Shown one piece after another: positions 17,581-28,592 of a stretch of DNA of 64,000 nt. The position numbers and the translations under genes were made by a program. Source of the stretch: a bacterium. Lineage in GTDB: Bacteria; JAHJDO01. The notes under the pieces were generated by a model. That model saw nothing but the letters and a program-made list of their open reading frames with translations, searched no databases and had not been told where the DNA came from. How positions within the stretch are numbered: position 1 is the stretch's first letter; each line of letters begins with the position of its first letter. The DNA lies in NCBI GenBank assembly GCA_043824255.1, contig JBDRTG010000047.1, positions 99,528-163,527 on the forward strand, given 5' to 3'.

Positions 17581-18042
17581 ATGCAAAAGACTATTCTTTT
17601 CGTTTGTACTGGGAACAGCTGTCGTAGTATTATGGCTGAGGGATTACTTAAAAAGATGCTTTCTGAAAAAGGCGTTGAAGAATACAGTAAGTATAAAATT
17701 ATCTCTGCTGGAACTCATACAGTTGAAGGATTCCCTCCTGTTCACATGACACAGAAGGTTATGAATGAGCAAGACATAGATGTCTCTTCATACAAGTCAA
17801 ATAAATTAACAAAGGAAACAGTAAATAAAGCTGATCTTGTTCTGGTAATGACTCAGAAACATAAAGATGAAATACTTCGTATTTATCAGGAAAAGACAAA
17901 GAAAATATTTCTGCTTAAAGAATTTGCGGGAATTGAGGATAAAAATCCGGATATAGCAGATCCTATCGGATTGTCCTATGACGCGTATAAATACTGTATG
18001 GAAGAAATAGAAAAATGTTTAATAAAGATAAGGTTGCAATAG
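17581..18042 (+). CDS. Low-molecular-weight protein phosphatase, the YwlE/LMW-PTP family with the CX5R motif
   Basis: ILFVCTGNSCRS is the P-loop. It lies immediately upstream of rpiB-glyA, as in Bacillus ywlE-ywlF-glyA. Confidence 0.8.
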   Translation: MQKTILFVCTGNSCRSIMAEGLLKKMLSEKGVEEYSKYKIISAGTHTVEGFPPVHMTQKVMNEQDIDVSSYKSNKLTKETVNKADLVLVMTQKHKDEILRIYQEKTKKIFLLKEFAGIEDKNPDIADPIGLSYDAYKYCMEEIEKCLIKIRLQ

Positions 18043-18497
18043 CTGCCGACCACGGTGGATGGCACTTAAAAGAAATTCTTAAGCCCTTTTTGGAAGGCTT
18101 GGGTTATAAGTATAGTGATTTTGGCACATCATCTGAAAAAGCCGTTGATTATCCGGATTTTGCGTTAGTACTGGCTGAAGCGATGAGAGCGGGTAAATAT
18201 AAAAAAGGAATATTGATATGTGGAACTGGTCTGGGCATGTCTATGTCAGCCAATAAGATTCCGGGTATTAGGGCGGCTTTGTGTAACGATATATTCACTG
18301 CAAAGATGAGTAGAGAACATAATGATGCAAATATTCTGGCAATTGGCGGACGAGTAGTTGAAGAAGAATTGGCAAAGGAAATAGTTAAAGTATGGCTCCA
18401 GACAAAATTCAGTAACGCGCCTCGTCATAAGCAAAGAATAAAAAAAATCAAAGAAATTGAAAGCAAATACATGGGGACTTCAAAAAAAGCAATATGA
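18015..18497 (+). CDS. rpiB: Ribose-5-phosphate isomerase B (RpiB/LacAB family)
   Basis: [15 protein letters not shown] and [16 protein letters not shown] are present. Confidence 0.85.
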   Translation: MFNKDKVAIAADHGGWHLKEILKPFLEGLGYKYSDFGTSSEKAVDYPDFALVLAEAMRAGKYKKGILICGTGLGMSMSANKIPGIRAALCNDIFTAKMSREHNDANILAIGGRVVEEELAKEIVKVWLQTKFSNAPRHKQRIKKIKEIESKYMGTSKKAI

Positions 18498-19741
18498 GTA
18501 ATTTAAAAACAACTGACCCAGAAGTAGCAAAAGCAATCTATAATGAAACAAAAAGAGAAGCTTCAAACCTTGAGCTTATTGCATCAGAAAATTTCGTGAG
18601 CGATGCTGTGCTTGAGGCCCAGAGCTCAGTAATGACCAATAAATATGCAGAAGGCTATCCTCATAAAAGATACTATGGCGGATGCGAATTTGTTGATGTT
18701 GTTGAAGACTTGGCCATAAAAAGAGCAAAAGAGATTTTTGGAGCTGACCATGCAAATGTGCAGCCACATTCCGGCTCACAGGCAAATATGGCGGTTTATT
18801 TTTCCATGTTGGATATGGGAGATACAATTCTAGGTATGGACTTAAGCCATGGTGGACATTTAACACACGGCAGTCCGGTAAACTTTTCGGGGAAATATTT
18901 TAATATTATCTCTTACGGAGTGAGTAAGAAAACAGAAACAATAGACTATGAATATGTAGAAAAATTAGCACTTGAAGAGAAACCTAAATTGATAATTGCA
19001 GGCGCTAGCGCTTATCCTCGCATAATAGATTTCGCAGCATTTAGAAAGATTGCAGATAAAGTAAATGCATACCTTATGGTAGATATGGCTCATTTTGCAG
19101 GACTTGTTGCAGCAAAAATTTATCCAAGCCCTATTCCATACGCTGATTTTGTTACTACTACTACACATAAAACATTGAGAGGGCCACGCGGAGGCATGAT
19201 TCTTTGCAGGGGAAAGTATGCAAAACAAATAGACAAAATGATTTTCCCTGGTATTCAGGGAGGGCCTCTGATGCATGTCATAGCTGCTAAAGCTGTTGCG
19301 TTCAAGGAAGCTATGGCAAAAGGATTTAATGATTATCAGAAACAAATCGTAAGAAATGCCAAGGCACTTGCCTTAGAACTGAATAAAAGAGACTTTCGAC
19401 TTGTTTCCGGCGGAACAGATACCCATCTTATACTACTGGATTTAACTAATAAATGTATCTCAGGCAAGGACGCAGAGAAGGCATTAGATGTTGCCGGAAT
19501 AACAGTAAATAAAAATGCTATTCCATTTGATAAACAAAGCCCATTTATTACTAGTGGAATAAGAATAGGAACTCCTGCAGTAACTACAAGAGGTATGAAA
19601 GAGCCTGAAATGAAGTTAATTGCAGAAATGATAACAAAGGTGCTTACGAACATTAATGATACGGATAATCTTAAACAGACCTTATCAATGGTGACTAGTC
19701 TCTGCAAACAATTCCCTTTGTATGTCAACAAACTCCGGTAA
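18494..19741 (+). CDS. glyA: Serine hydroxymethyltransferase
   Basis: It is 415 aa and has the PLP-Lys region [14 protein letters not shown]. Confidence 0.95.
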   Translation: MSNLKTTDPEVAKAIYNETKREASNLELIASENFVSDAVLEAQSSVMTNKYAEGYPHKRYYGGCEFVDVVEDLAIKRAKEIFGADHANVQPHSGSQANMAVYFSMLDMGDTILGMDLSHGGHLTHGSPVNFSGKYFNIISYGVSKKTETIDYEYVEKLALEEKPKLIIAGASAYPRIIDFAAFRKIADKVNAYLMVDMAHFAGLVAAKIYPSPIPYADFVTTTTHKTLRGPRGGMILCRGKYAKQIDKMIFPGIQGGPLMHVIAAKAVAFKEAMAKGFNDYQKQIVRNAKALALELNKRDFRLVSGGTDTHLILLDLTNKCISGKDAEKALDVAGITVNKNAIPFDKQSPFITSGIRIGTPAVTTRGMKEPEMKLIAEMITKVLTNINDTDNLKQTLSMVTSLCKQFPLYVNKLR

Positions 19742-21230
19742 ATTAAAATTCCTGACACTTACCTCAGCAATTAGTGTCATATTCCTGGTTCTTGTAATTT
19801 TAAATATTTTTCCATTAGGTATTAAAAGCGAATGGACTTGGGAATATTCTTCTACAAAAAATTTTGATGGGATCTGGTTTCCAGTACTTGTTTCCTGCAT
19901 TTTGCTTCTGCTGTGTTATAATTTAATAGCTTATAAGAAATTGACAGGTTCCAAACCCCCAATAGAATTTATCCATATAGTCCTTATATGCTTTCTTAGC
20001 TATCTTTTTAACATTGCTATTTGCTACTTAAATACAGCAGGCTTCTATAATCTAATTCTGACTATTATAAGTCCCTGGGCAACCGGCTATTTCAATGTTG
20101 CTGTTGAGATTAGAGATATTAGTTATTGGTTAAGCAATTTTCATGCTTTTGTTGAATATGCTCCCTTACATGCCAGAGTACATCCTCCAGGAAATATATT
20201 ATTTTTCTGGTGGATAATTCACATATTTAATAGTTTACCCACCCTAACAGATTCTTTACTAAATATGGTAAAGAGCACTACATTCAACCCTCTGCCTGTA
20301 TTTTCTGTTATTGGAGATGCTTTTGGACATTTCTTCAGTGATGCTGAAAAAGCCGCATCAGTATTTCTGTCGTTATCTTTGCCATTTCTTAAATGTGCTG
20401 TGATTATTCCCATGTATTATTTGGGGAAACTTATATATGGCAAAAAAACAGCTTTAGTTGCAGTATGTTTTTATGCAGTTATTCCTGCACTTAATTTATT
20501 TACGCCTGGAATGGACCAGACATATACTCTGGTTTCTGTCTTATCTTTTTATTTATTTTGCCTCTCTATTAAAAAAAATAATATTTGGTTTACTCTTCTT
20601 TCTGGACTGGTTTTATCAATAGGCATTATGCTGAGTTTCTGTTTTCTGGTTATCTTGGGTCTGATAATTTGTTATGGCCTAATATGGTTTTGGATAAATA
20701 AAACACATTTAAATTACATATTAAAGAGTTTTTTAGTATTGTTTGTAGCTTTTACAGCTCTCCCTTTATTATTTTATCTTTTATATGACTTTAATATTAT
20801 AAAATTTTTCGTGAGTATTAATGTGTTTTCAGAAAATGCGCGATTAGATATCATCCGCGGTGAGGTCGCACGCCGAACATACTGGAAATGGCTATTATAT
20901 AATCCTGTAGATTTTTTCTTGTTTGTTGGCATCCCGATTTCAGTGCTTTCTTTCAGAAGTATTTATAGTATTATAAAGTCAGGAAAAATAGAAGCATCCA
21001 ATATCTTATCTGTGGCTTTTTTTAGCATACTATTTTTACTTCTGTTCTCTGGAATAAATCGCTCTGAGGTAGCAAGATTATGGATGTTCCTCATGCCCTT
21101 TCCTGCATTAATAGCAGCCTCACAAATAAAGACGAAAACTAGTTCTGCTTTCTTAATACTACTTTCCCTGCAGATCCTTCAAACAATAGTTTTCAAGTTA
21201 TTCATAAATGTATATGGGATAATTAGCTGA
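19722..21230 (+). CDS. Polytopic integral membrane protein with at least 12 TM segments, possibly a GT-C-type glycosyltransferase or oligosaccharyltransferase
   Basis: It is a 502-aa hydrophobic protein and overlaps glyA by 20 bp. No diagnostic motif was recognised by eye. Confidence 0.3.
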   Translation: MSTNSGKLKFLTLTSAISVIFLVLVILNIFPLGIKSEWTWEYSSTKNFDGIWFPVLVSCILLLLCYNLIAYKKLTGSKPPIEFIHIVLICFLSYLFNIAICYLNTAGFYNLILTIISPWATGYFNVAVEIRDISYWLSNFHAFVEYAPLHARVHPPGNILFFWWIIHIFNSLPTLTDSLLNMVKSTTFNPLPVFSVIGDAFGHFFSDAEKAASVFLSLSLPFLKCAVIIPMYYLGKLIYGKKTALVAVCFYAVIPALNLFTPGMDQTYTLVSVLSFYLFCLSIKKNNIWFTLLSGLVLSIGIMLSFCFLVILGLIICYGLIWFWINKTHLNYILKSFLVLFVAFTALPLLFYLLYDFNIIKFFVSINVFSENARLDIIRGEVARRTYWKWLLYNPVDFFLFVGIPISVLSFRSIYSIIKSGKIEASNILSVAFFSILFLLLFSGINRSEVARLWMFLMPFPALIAASQIKTKTSSAFLILLSLQILQTIVFKLFINVYGIIS

Positions 21231-21295
21231 TCAGACTGCTGAAATATCGTTAAATATTTGATTCTTTTGTCTAATATGCTTATATTGTAAGCATT

Positions 21296-22216
21296 ATGAG
21301 AATAATGATGAAATCTAATGCTGCCAAAAAGCAAGTAATGGATTTTGTAGATAAACAATTTTCTTTCACAACATCAATAACCAGAGATAAATCATCTAAC
21401 AGGTCAGGAGAGTCACATTATCATATTCTTGAGATTGAGTTACAATATATCAGGTCAGGAAGTGGAGCATATTTTATAAAAGACAGGAAATATCATCTTA
21501 AGGATAATTCTATTCTTATAATCCATAAGGGAGAAATCCATAATTATATTAAGGGTAATTCATTAGTCTCTATGGATAAGGTATATCTGGCCTTTAATCC
21601 ATCTATATTTAGGAATACACAATACACATATAAAAAACTAATCTCTCGTATTGCTGAATGCAAAAAAAATTTCTCTCATCAAGTATCATTCCCTCCTGAA
21701 GAAAGTCAAAGAGCAGATTTGATCATTTCCAATATAAACTCTGAATGGGAAAACAAAAAGCTGCATTACAGAGAAGCAATAGTAAACCTGCTTCTGGAGC
21801 TTTTTATAATTATACATAGATCCTTTTCTCTTAGTGCTTCTGGAACCAGCACACATAAAAAAATCGAATCAACTGTACAAGACAGGCTTATAAGCAAAGT
21901 GATTTCTTATATAGATAAAAATTATCGAAACCCTCTGGACCTGGCAACTCTGAGTGGGGTTGTATTCCGTTCTCCATATCATCTCAGCCATATTTTTAAG
22001 GATGTTACAGGATTTAATTTTAAAGAATATCTAATAAATAAACGTATTATGAAAGCCAAGAATCTTCTTGAGTCAGAATCAGATATAAAAGTAATATCTA
22101 TAGCTGAGGATGTTGGATTCTCAAATCTCAGCACCTTTAACAGAGATTTCAAACGCCTTACAGGGATCAGCCCGTCAGAATACCGCAAGTTTTGCACACA
22201 TTTCCGCAAGAAATGA
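21296..22216 (+). CDS. AraC/XylS-family transcriptional regulator with an N-terminal cupin-like sensor
   Basis: The C-terminus has two HTHs, one being DLATLSGVVFRSPYHLSHIFK. The other is ISIAEDVGFSNLSTFNRDFKRLTGISPSEYR. Confidence 0.85.
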   Translation: MRIMMKSNAAKKQVMDFVDKQFSFTTSITRDKSSNRSGESHYHILEIELQYIRSGSGAYFIKDRKYHLKDNSILIIHKGEIHNYIKGNSLVSMDKVYLAFNPSIFRNTQYTYKKLISRIAECKKNFSHQVSFPPEESQRADLIISNINSEWENKKLHYREAIVNLLLELFIIIHRSFSLSASGTSTHKKIESTVQDRLISKVISYIDKNYRNPLDLATLSGVVFRSPYHLSHIFKDVTGFNFKEYLINKRIMKAKNLLESESDIKVISIAEDVGFSNLSTFNRDFKRLTGISPSEYRKFCTHFRKK

Positions 22217-22278
22217 GTAGAAAAGATTCTTTTTTTGCGTAAACTGAATAAAAGAACAAATCTAAAACGAGTTTATAA

Positions 22279-23187
22279 TTGGAAGGAGTTGAAATGCTAA
22301 TTGATATACATACGCATATAACCTACCACAGATTTCCTGAATTCGTTCAGAAACTTAACAGGAAAGAATTTACTGCTGAAATCTTGCTTAAAAAAATGGA
22401 TATGGAAGGTATTGACAAATCAATAATCCTGCCAATAACTAATCCTGAAAACGCAGACGACATTGGGGTTTCAGGAAACATGGAAGCTATTGAAGCAGCC
22501 AGGAAATATCCTGACAGGCTAATCGCCTTTTGCAATGTTGATCCCAGAGCAATGAGAAATTCTCCCAAAGCAGACATATCAAAGGTTCTTAAGGTTTATA
22601 AGGAAATGGGATGCATGGGAGTGGGTGAGGTCTGTTCTAATATTTATTTTGATGATGAGCTAGCCAGGAATTTTTTCTATCATTGTGGAGAATGTGAAAT
22701 GCCCATTATCTTTCATATGTCAGAGAAAATAGGCGGTGTTTATGGATTAGTTGATGATATGCATATGCCAAGATTAGAAAAAGTGCTTAAGGAATTCCCC
22801 AAAACCATCTTTATAGCCCATGGGCCTGCTTTCTGGTCTGAAATAGGCGAATACATAGATAAAAAAGAACGTGGCCACTATCCAAAAGGTAAAATAAAAA
22901 AACCCGGGAGTGTTCCGAAACTGATGGAGAAATATCCCAATCTTTACGGCGACCTTTCTGCCGGAAGCGGGTATAATGCTATCAGTAGAGACTCTGATTT
23001 TGGATACAAATTTCTTGAGGAGTTTAATGGAAAACTTCTTTTTGGAACAGATAGATTCACATCCGCTGACGAACCGATACCTAACATCATCCCGTTTATC
23101 AAAAATGCTTTTAAAGAAAATAAAATTTCTAAAGAAGCCTATGAAAATATAACTCATAAAAATGCTCAAAAACTCATTGGAGAATAA
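22279..23187 (+). CDS. Metal-dependent amidohydrolase-family (TIM-barrel) hydrolase
   Basis: The N-terminus LIDIHTHI and later His/Asp ligands (FHMSE, IAHGP, GTDR) are present. The likely true start is the ATG at 22294. Confidence 0.55.
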   Translation: MEGVEMLIDIHTHITYHRFPEFVQKLNRKEFTAEILLKKMDMEGIDKSIILPITNPENADDIGVSGNMEAIEAARKYPDRLIAFCNVDPRAMRNSPKADISKVLKVYKEMGCMGVGEVCSNIYFDDELARNFFYHCGECEMPIIFHMSEKIGGVYGLVDDMHMPRLEKVLKEFPKTIFIAHGPAFWSEIGEYIDKKERGHYPKGKIKKPGSVPKLMEKYPNLYGDLSAGSGYNAISRDSDFGYKFLEEFNGKLLFGTDRFTSADEPIPNIIPFIKNAFKENKISKEAYENITHKNAQKLIGE

Positions 23188-24406
23188 GATGGATAAATTA
23201 GCAATTGACGGCGGAAAACCAGTTCGTACAGATTCCATGCCAAAACGCCGGCTCTTTGGCAAAGAAGAAAAAGAAGCTGCTATGAGAGTATTCGATGAAG
23301 CTATTGAAGCAGGAGAGGCATTTGGCTATAACGGCCCTCATGAGAGGGAATACGAAAAGGCCTTCTGTGATTATATGGGAGTCGGTTTTGCTGACGGTGT
23401 TAATTCAGGCACATCAGCTGTATTCGTCGCGCTTGGAGCGCTACAGCTTGATAGAGGAAGTGAGGTGATTGTTCCCCCGATCACAGACCCAGGAGGAGTA
23501 ATGCCTGTTGTTATGCTAAACTGTATCCCTGTTATTGCAGACTCGGATCCGCGTTCATATAATGTAGGACCAGAACAAATTTCCGCTGTCCTAACAGAAC
23601 ATACCCGGGCCATTATTGTGGCACATATTGGCGGAGACTCTGTTGATATGGATCCTATTATGGAGATTGCACGCTCAAGAAATATTCCAGTAATAGAGGA
23701 TTGTGCTCAGGCACATGGAGCAAAATACAAAGGAAAACTTGTTGGTACAATTGGTGATATTGCAGCGTTTTCAACTATGTTTGGCAAACTTCATGCAACA
23801 GGAGGGCAGGGTGGAGTTGTCTATACTAAAAATGAAGAGCTTTTCTGGAATGCTAAGCGATTTGCTGACAGAGGAAAGCCGTTTAATCTACCAGATGCTA
23901 AAGGCAATGTTACAGCAGGATTAAATCTTAATCTTAATGAGCTTTCAGCTGCTATTGGCGTAGCACAAATTAAGAAGCTGAATTCCATAATCTTCAGACG
24001 TAGAAAAGTTGCTGAAGCTATAAAAGAAAGATTAAATAAGGAATCAGAGATTGTATCTATAGGATGGCAGGTTCCTGAAACAGAATCAGTATACTGGTTT
24101 ATGCGCATACATGTTAAAACAGACATGCTTAAAGTCGATAAAATGGCTTTTGCTGAGGCTGTAAAGGCAGAGGGAATCCCTGTAGCCAGGTCCTATCGTC
24201 ATATACCTTCAGAATCTCGGTGGTGGAGAAATACTGGGCCATGGGAATTTTGCGAACGAGAATATAATAAAGATTCTCAATGTTCTAATGCAATATTCGC
24301 TACAGATAGTCATTTCAATATCTCATTGAATGAAAATTATGGTGAAAAAGAAATAGGCGATATAGTTAATGTACTTAAGAAAGTAGAACAAGCTTATAAA
24401 AAATAG
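23162..24406 (+). CDS. DegT/DnrJ/EryC1/StrS-family PLP-dependent sugar aminotransferase
   Basis: The DegT-type N-terminus is DGGKPVR...FDEAIEAGEAFGYNGPHEREYEKAFCDYMGV. An alternative start is the ATG at 23189. Confidence 0.75.
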   Translation: MLKNSLENKMDKLAIDGGKPVRTDSMPKRRLFGKEEKEAAMRVFDEAIEAGEAFGYNGPHEREYEKAFCDYMGVGFADGVNSGTSAVFVALGALQLDRGSEVIVPPITDPGGVMPVVMLNCIPVIADSDPRSYNVGPEQISAVLTEHTRAIIVAHIGGDSVDMDPIMEIARSRNIPVIEDCAQAHGAKYKGKLVGTIGDIAAFSTMFGKLHATGGQGGVVYTKNEELFWNAKRFADRGKPFNLPDAKGNVTAGLNLNLNELSAAIGVAQIKKLNSIIFRRRKVAEAIKERLNKESEIVSIGWQVPETESVYWFMRIHVKTDMLKVDKMAFAEAVKAEGIPVARSYRHIPSESRWWRNTGPWEFCEREYNKDSQCSNAIFATDSHFNISLNENYGEKEIGDIVNVLKKVEQAYKK

Positions 24407-24419
24407 GAGACCTCAAAAA

Positions 24420-25745
24420 ATGGGAAAACCAGCGCTTTTAGGTGGACTAAAAGCAGTTAAGACTGACCCTGGAGATATGTTTAAATGGCCCATTATTACC
24501 AAAGAGATTGAAGATGCTGTTTTGAAAGTACTCAGGGAAGGAAAGATGTCCGGTAATGACGTTACCAAAGAATTTGAAAAGGAATATGCAGAATGGTTCG
24601 GTATGAAATATGCACTTGGCCATTCTACAGGAACAGGGGCTTTGCATGGTGCAATGTTTGGTCTAGGAATAGGTCGTGGGGATGAAATAATCTGTCCAAG
24701 TATAACCTACTGGGCATCAGCTCTGCCTGTATACTCTCTTGGTGGTACTGTTGTATTTTGTGATATTGATAAAGACACATTAAATATTGATCCAAATGAT
24801 ATTGAACACAGAATTACTGAACGAACAAAAGCTATTTTAGTGGTTCATTACGCAGGTATGCCTGCTGATATGGATCCTATTATGGAGATTGCCCGCAAAC
24901 ATAACATCAAGGTCATTGAGGACGTTTCTCATGCGCATGGAGCACTGTACAAGGGAAAACTTACAGGAACATTTGGAAATGTCTCAGCTATGTCTTTAAT
25001 GAGCGGCAAATCCTTTGCAATAGGCGAAGCAGGCATTATGCTTACAAACGACCAGAGAGTTCACGAACGCGCGCTTCTTTTTGGTCATTATGCACGGCAT
25101 AATGAGGTTCAACTAGAAGATATTAAGCCATTGACAGGCCTTCCTTGGGGTGGTTATAAATACAGGATGCATCAATTGAGTTCTGCAGTGGGACTTGTAC
25201 AGATTAAAAATTATCCAAAGCAGATAAAAGAAATAGATAAAGCAATGAATTATTTTGGCGATCTTTTAGAAGAAGCGCCAGGTATTAAGGTCCGCCGTCC
25301 TGAAAAGGATTCAGGAACTACAATGGGCGGCTGGTATGCAGCCAGAGGATTATATCGGCCTGAAGAACTTGGAGGGCTCTCAATCAAACGATTCTGTGAA
25401 GCTGTAAGAGCTGAGGGAAACAATAAATGTGCTCCAGGAGGAAACAAAGCATTACATTTACATCCTGTTTTTAATGACGTAGACATATATAATCAGGGAA
25501 AACCCACCCGAATTGCAAATTCTCCAGAGGATGTGGATGTAAGACAACCTGTTGGCAGTCTGCCAGTTTCTGAGAATATACATAAATATACTTTTGGTAT
25601 TCCATGGTTCAAGCACTACAGACCCAACATAATAGAAGAACATGCAAATGCAATTAAAAAGGTGGTTGAGAATTACAAAAAACTCCTGCCTGGAGATACT
25701 AAAGAAGAGGACGCTGGAGGATTCGGTTTAACTGCCAGACAGTAA
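24420..25745 (+). CDS. Second DegT-family sugar aminotransferase or dehydratase-like paralog
   Basis: It has a similar architecture. It shares the block ADMDPIMEIAR..IEDxxHAHGAxYKGKLxGT with the upstream paralog. Confidence 0.7.
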   Translation: MGKPALLGGLKAVKTDPGDMFKWPIITKEIEDAVLKVLREGKMSGNDVTKEFEKEYAEWFGMKYALGHSTGTGALHGAMFGLGIGRGDEIICPSITYWASALPVYSLGGTVVFCDIDKDTLNIDPNDIEHRITERTKAILVVHYAGMPADMDPIMEIARKHNIKVIEDVSHAHGALYKGKLTGTFGNVSAMSLMSGKSFAIGEAGIMLTNDQRVHERALLFGHYARHNEVQLEDIKPLTGLPWGGYKYRMHQLSSAVGLVQIKNYPKQIKEIDKAMNYFGDLLEEAPGIKVRRPEKDSGTTMGGWYAARGLYRPEELGGLSIKRFCEAVRAEGNNKCAPGGNKALHLHPVFNDVDIYNQGKPTRIANSPEDVDVRQPVGSLPVSENIHKYTFGIPWFKHYRPNIIEEHANAIKKVVENYKKLLPGDTKEEDAGGFGLTARQ

Positions 25746-25781
25746 GCAATATAAGCCTTCAATATCAACTGATTCGCTTAC

Positions 25782-25810
25782 TTGACAACAGATTAGAAAA
25801 TCAATATACT
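25782..25810 (+). promoter_or_regulatory. Sigma70-type promoter for rpmA
   Basis: TTGACA, a 17-bp spacer, then TATACT. AGGAGA follows 8 bp before the ATG at 25844. Confidence 0.55.
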
Positions 25811-25843
25811 CCCTAATACGTTAAAAAAGTCAGGAGATATACT

Positions 25844-26104
25844 ATGGCACATAAAAAGGGACTGGGAAGTTCGAGGAATGGGAGAGATAGCGCGGGTAAG
25901 AGACTTGGCATAAAGTGTTCTGGTGGACAGACTGTAAAAGCTGGTAGTATTATTGTTCGTCAGCGCGGAACAAAATTCTCTCCAGGAAGAAACGTTGGTT
26001 GTGGAAGGGATTGGACGTTGTTTTCTAAAATAAGCGGCGTAGTCTGTTTTGAAAATATCAGCTCCAGAAAATGTGTAAGTGTTTATGAGCCAAATGTAAA
26101 ATGA
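25844..26104 (+). CDS. rpmA: 50S ribosomal protein L27
   Basis: The N-terminus is [24 protein letters not shown]. Confidence 0.9.
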   Translation: MAHKKGLGSSRNGRDSAGKRLGIKCSGGQTVKAGSIIVRQRGTKFSPGRNVGCGRDWTLFSKISGVVCFENISSRKCVSVYEPNVK

Positions 26105-27234
26105 AAAACATTGCTGTTCTTGGAGCAACAGGTTCAATTGGCAGAAATACTCTTGAGATTGCAGAATCCTTTCCTGACAAATTCAAAGTTACAGCCGTAT
26201 CAGGCAAAGCTAATATCAACCTTTTAGAAAAGCAGATAAACCAATTTCATCCCAAATTTGTTGTAGTAATGGACGAGAATACGCAAAATCAACTTTGCGG
26301 TCGCATCAAAGATAAAAAGATAAAAATAGAATATGGATATGAAAGTCTCGTCAAAATATCGACACTTGATGAAGTTGATATTGTAGTATCAGCAATCACG
26401 GGTATAACCGGACTAATCCCAACCTTAGAAGCAATAAAAAAAGGCAAGCATATTGCAATTGCAGCTAAGGAACTGTTGGTTACTGCAGGAGAAATTATGC
26501 TAAAAGAGGTTAGGAAAAATAAAGTGAAATTTCTTCCTGTGGATAGTGAACATAATGCCATTTTTCAGTGCCTTGAGGGAAAATCAAAGAAGGATATAAA
26601 GAGAATCATTCTTACAGCTTCAGGAGGTCCATTTTATAAAGAAAAAAACTTGCATAATATTAGTCCTGAGCAGGCATTAGCTCACCCCGTATGGGAAATG
26701 GGGAGAAAAATCAGCATAGATTCTGCAACACTCATGAATAAGGGCTTGGAAGTCATAGAGGCGCATTGGCTGTTTGGAATAGATATATCGAAAATTGAGA
26801 TCATTATACATCCTGAATGTATTATCCATTCCATGGTAGAATTTATTGATGGGTCAGTATTTGCCTTGCTTGGAATTCCTGATATGAAGATGCCTATTCA
26901 GTACGCATTAACGTATCCGGAGCGAATGCCTACACAACTAGAGCCTTTAGACTTAACAAAAATATCCCGGTTTCATTTTTCAGCTCCAAACTTTGACAAA
27001 TTCCCTTGTTTGAAACTTGCTTATGAAGCAGGTACAATTGGCGGGACTATGCCTGCTGTTCTTAATAGTGCAAACGATGTTGCTGTCAATCTATTTCTCA
27101 AGAAAAAAATAAAATTCCCAGATATTCCTCAAATAATAGAAAAGGTTATGAATAAACATAATGTTATTCAAAATCCATGCCTTGATGATATCTTTGAATC
27201 TGATGCTTGGGCGAGGAAAACATGTTTGCTCTAA
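26101..27234 (+). CDS. dxr: 1-deoxy-D-xylulose-5-phosphate reductoisomerase
   Basis: [14 protein letters not shown] and the Dxr core motifs are present. Confidence 0.9.
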   Translation: MKNIAVLGATGSIGRNTLEIAESFPDKFKVTAVSGKANINLLEKQINQFHPKFVVVMDENTQNQLCGRIKDKKIKIEYGYESLVKISTLDEVDIVVSAITGITGLIPTLEAIKKGKHIAIAAKELLVTAGEIMLKEVRKNKVKFLPVDSEHNAIFQCLEGKSKKDIKRIILTASGGPFYKEKNLHNISPEQALAHPVWEMGRKISIDSATLMNKGLEVIEAHWLFGIDISKIEIIIHPECIIHSMVEFIDGSVFALLGIPDMKMPIQYALTYPERMPTQLEPLDLTKISRFHFSAPNFDKFPCLKLAYEAGTIGGTMPAVLNSANDVAVNLFLKKKIKFPDIPQIIEKVMNKHNVIQNPCLDDIFESDAWARKTCLL

Positions 27235-28592
27235 ATTGGATAATTCATATACTCCCATTTATTGTTGTAATAAGTATTCTGGTTTTCGTACATGAACTGG
27301 GACATTTTCTTGTAGCTAAATGGCTTGGCATTAAAGTGGAAAAATTCTCTCTGGGATTTGGCCCTAAGCTTGTTGGCTTTAAGAAAGGAGATACGGAATA
27401 TTTGATCTCTGCTGTGCCTTTGGGAGGATATGTAAAACTTGCAGGAGAATCCAGCGAAGAAAAAACAGGCGCTGACTGGGAGTTCTATTCTAAGGGGCCT
27501 TTTCAGAGAATCCTTGTAATACTTGCAGGCCCTTTTATGAATATACTGCTGGCAATTTTTGTCTTCTCTTGTATCTTCTTTACAGGAATAGAACTACCCT
27601 ATTTTGAGGCTAAAATCGGAGAAATAGCCAAAGATTCGCCTGGTTCCAAAGCTGACCTGAAAGTGGGAGATACAATATTGAAAGCCAATGGCAAACAAAT
27701 CAAAGATTGGAGTAAGTTTAAACATATTATCCTGACTCATCCAAATCATACAATATCTATACTCATTGACAGAAACGGAGAAAGAAAAAGCATTCAGGTC
27801 AAAACAGAGTTCAACAAAGAAAAAGGAGGCGGGTACTTGGGAGTTTCCCCATTCATTCCCCCTGTAATAGGAATTGTTGAGCCTGAAAGTCCTGCATACA
27901 AAGCCGGTATTAGAAAAGGAGATGTTGTTCTATTTATTAATGGCAAACAAATGTCCTCGTGGAATGATATGGCAAAGAGTATTCATAACAGTGCAGGAGA
28001 GAAAATCTCACTCATAATAATGCGTGAGAAGGAGCAGTTGGAAATAAGTGTTGTGCCTAAACTTAACAAAACACTAAACATTGGTCTCATAGGAATAATT
28101 CCTGAATTTAAGACAATAACGCGTAAATATGGACCAATCGGTGCATTTGTTCAAGGATGCAATCAAACCGTAAACTTGACAGTTCTTACATATAGATCCA
28201 TATGGATGCTTATAAAGAGGGAAATATCTACTAAAACACTTGGCGGCCCAATAATGATTGCACAGCTTGCAGATAAGCAGGCAAAAGAAGGACTTATGAA
28301 CCTGTTTTACCTGCTTGCTCTGATAAGTGTAAACCTTGCCATACTTAATTTACTTCCGATTCCTGTACTGGATGGGGGGCATATACTTTTCTTTCTAATA
28401 GAAGCTATAAAAGGCAGTCCGATTAGTGAGAAAGGGCTTGAATGGGCAACAAAATTTGGCATTGCGCTTCTTTTAACTTTAATGGTATACGTAACATTTA
28501 ATGATATTATGAGAGTTGCAAAAGATAAAATCAATATCTTCCATGGAAAAAATACCTCACAAAATAATCAATCCTCCACTCAAACGCCGTAA
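27207..28592 (+). CDS. rseP: Site-2 zinc metalloprotease RseP with PDZ domains
   Basis: HELGHFLVAKW (HExxH), PDZ segments and the C-terminal LDGG motif are present. Confidence 0.85.
   Translation: MGEENMFALNWIIHILPFIVVISILVFVHELGHFLVAKWLGIKVEKFSLGFGPKLVGFKKGDTEYLISAVPLGGYVKLAGESSEEKTGADWEFYSKGPFQRILVILAGPFMNILLAIFVFSCIFFTGIELPYFEAKIGEIAKDSPGSKADLKVGDTILKANGKQIKDWSKFKHIILTHPNHTISILIDRNGERKSIQVKTEFNKEKGGGYLGVSPFIPPVIGIVEPESPAYKAGIRKGDVVLFINGKQMSSWNDMAKSIHNSAGEKISLIIMREKEQLEISVVPKLNKTLNIGLIGIIPEFKTITRKYGPIGAFVQGCNQTVNLTVLTYRSIWMLIKREISTKTLGGPIMIAQLADKQAKEGLMNLFYLLALISVNLAILNLLPIPVLDGGHILFFLIEAIKGSPISEKGLEWATKFGIALLLTLMVYVTFNDIMRVAKDKINIFHGKNTSQNNQSSTQTP

Noticed and set aside
17258-17749. A 163-aa plus-strand ORF spanning the tRNA-Ser region
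   Set aside because: It overlaps a clear tRNA gene on the opposite strand and the promoter region of the ywlE-like gene. It is spurious.
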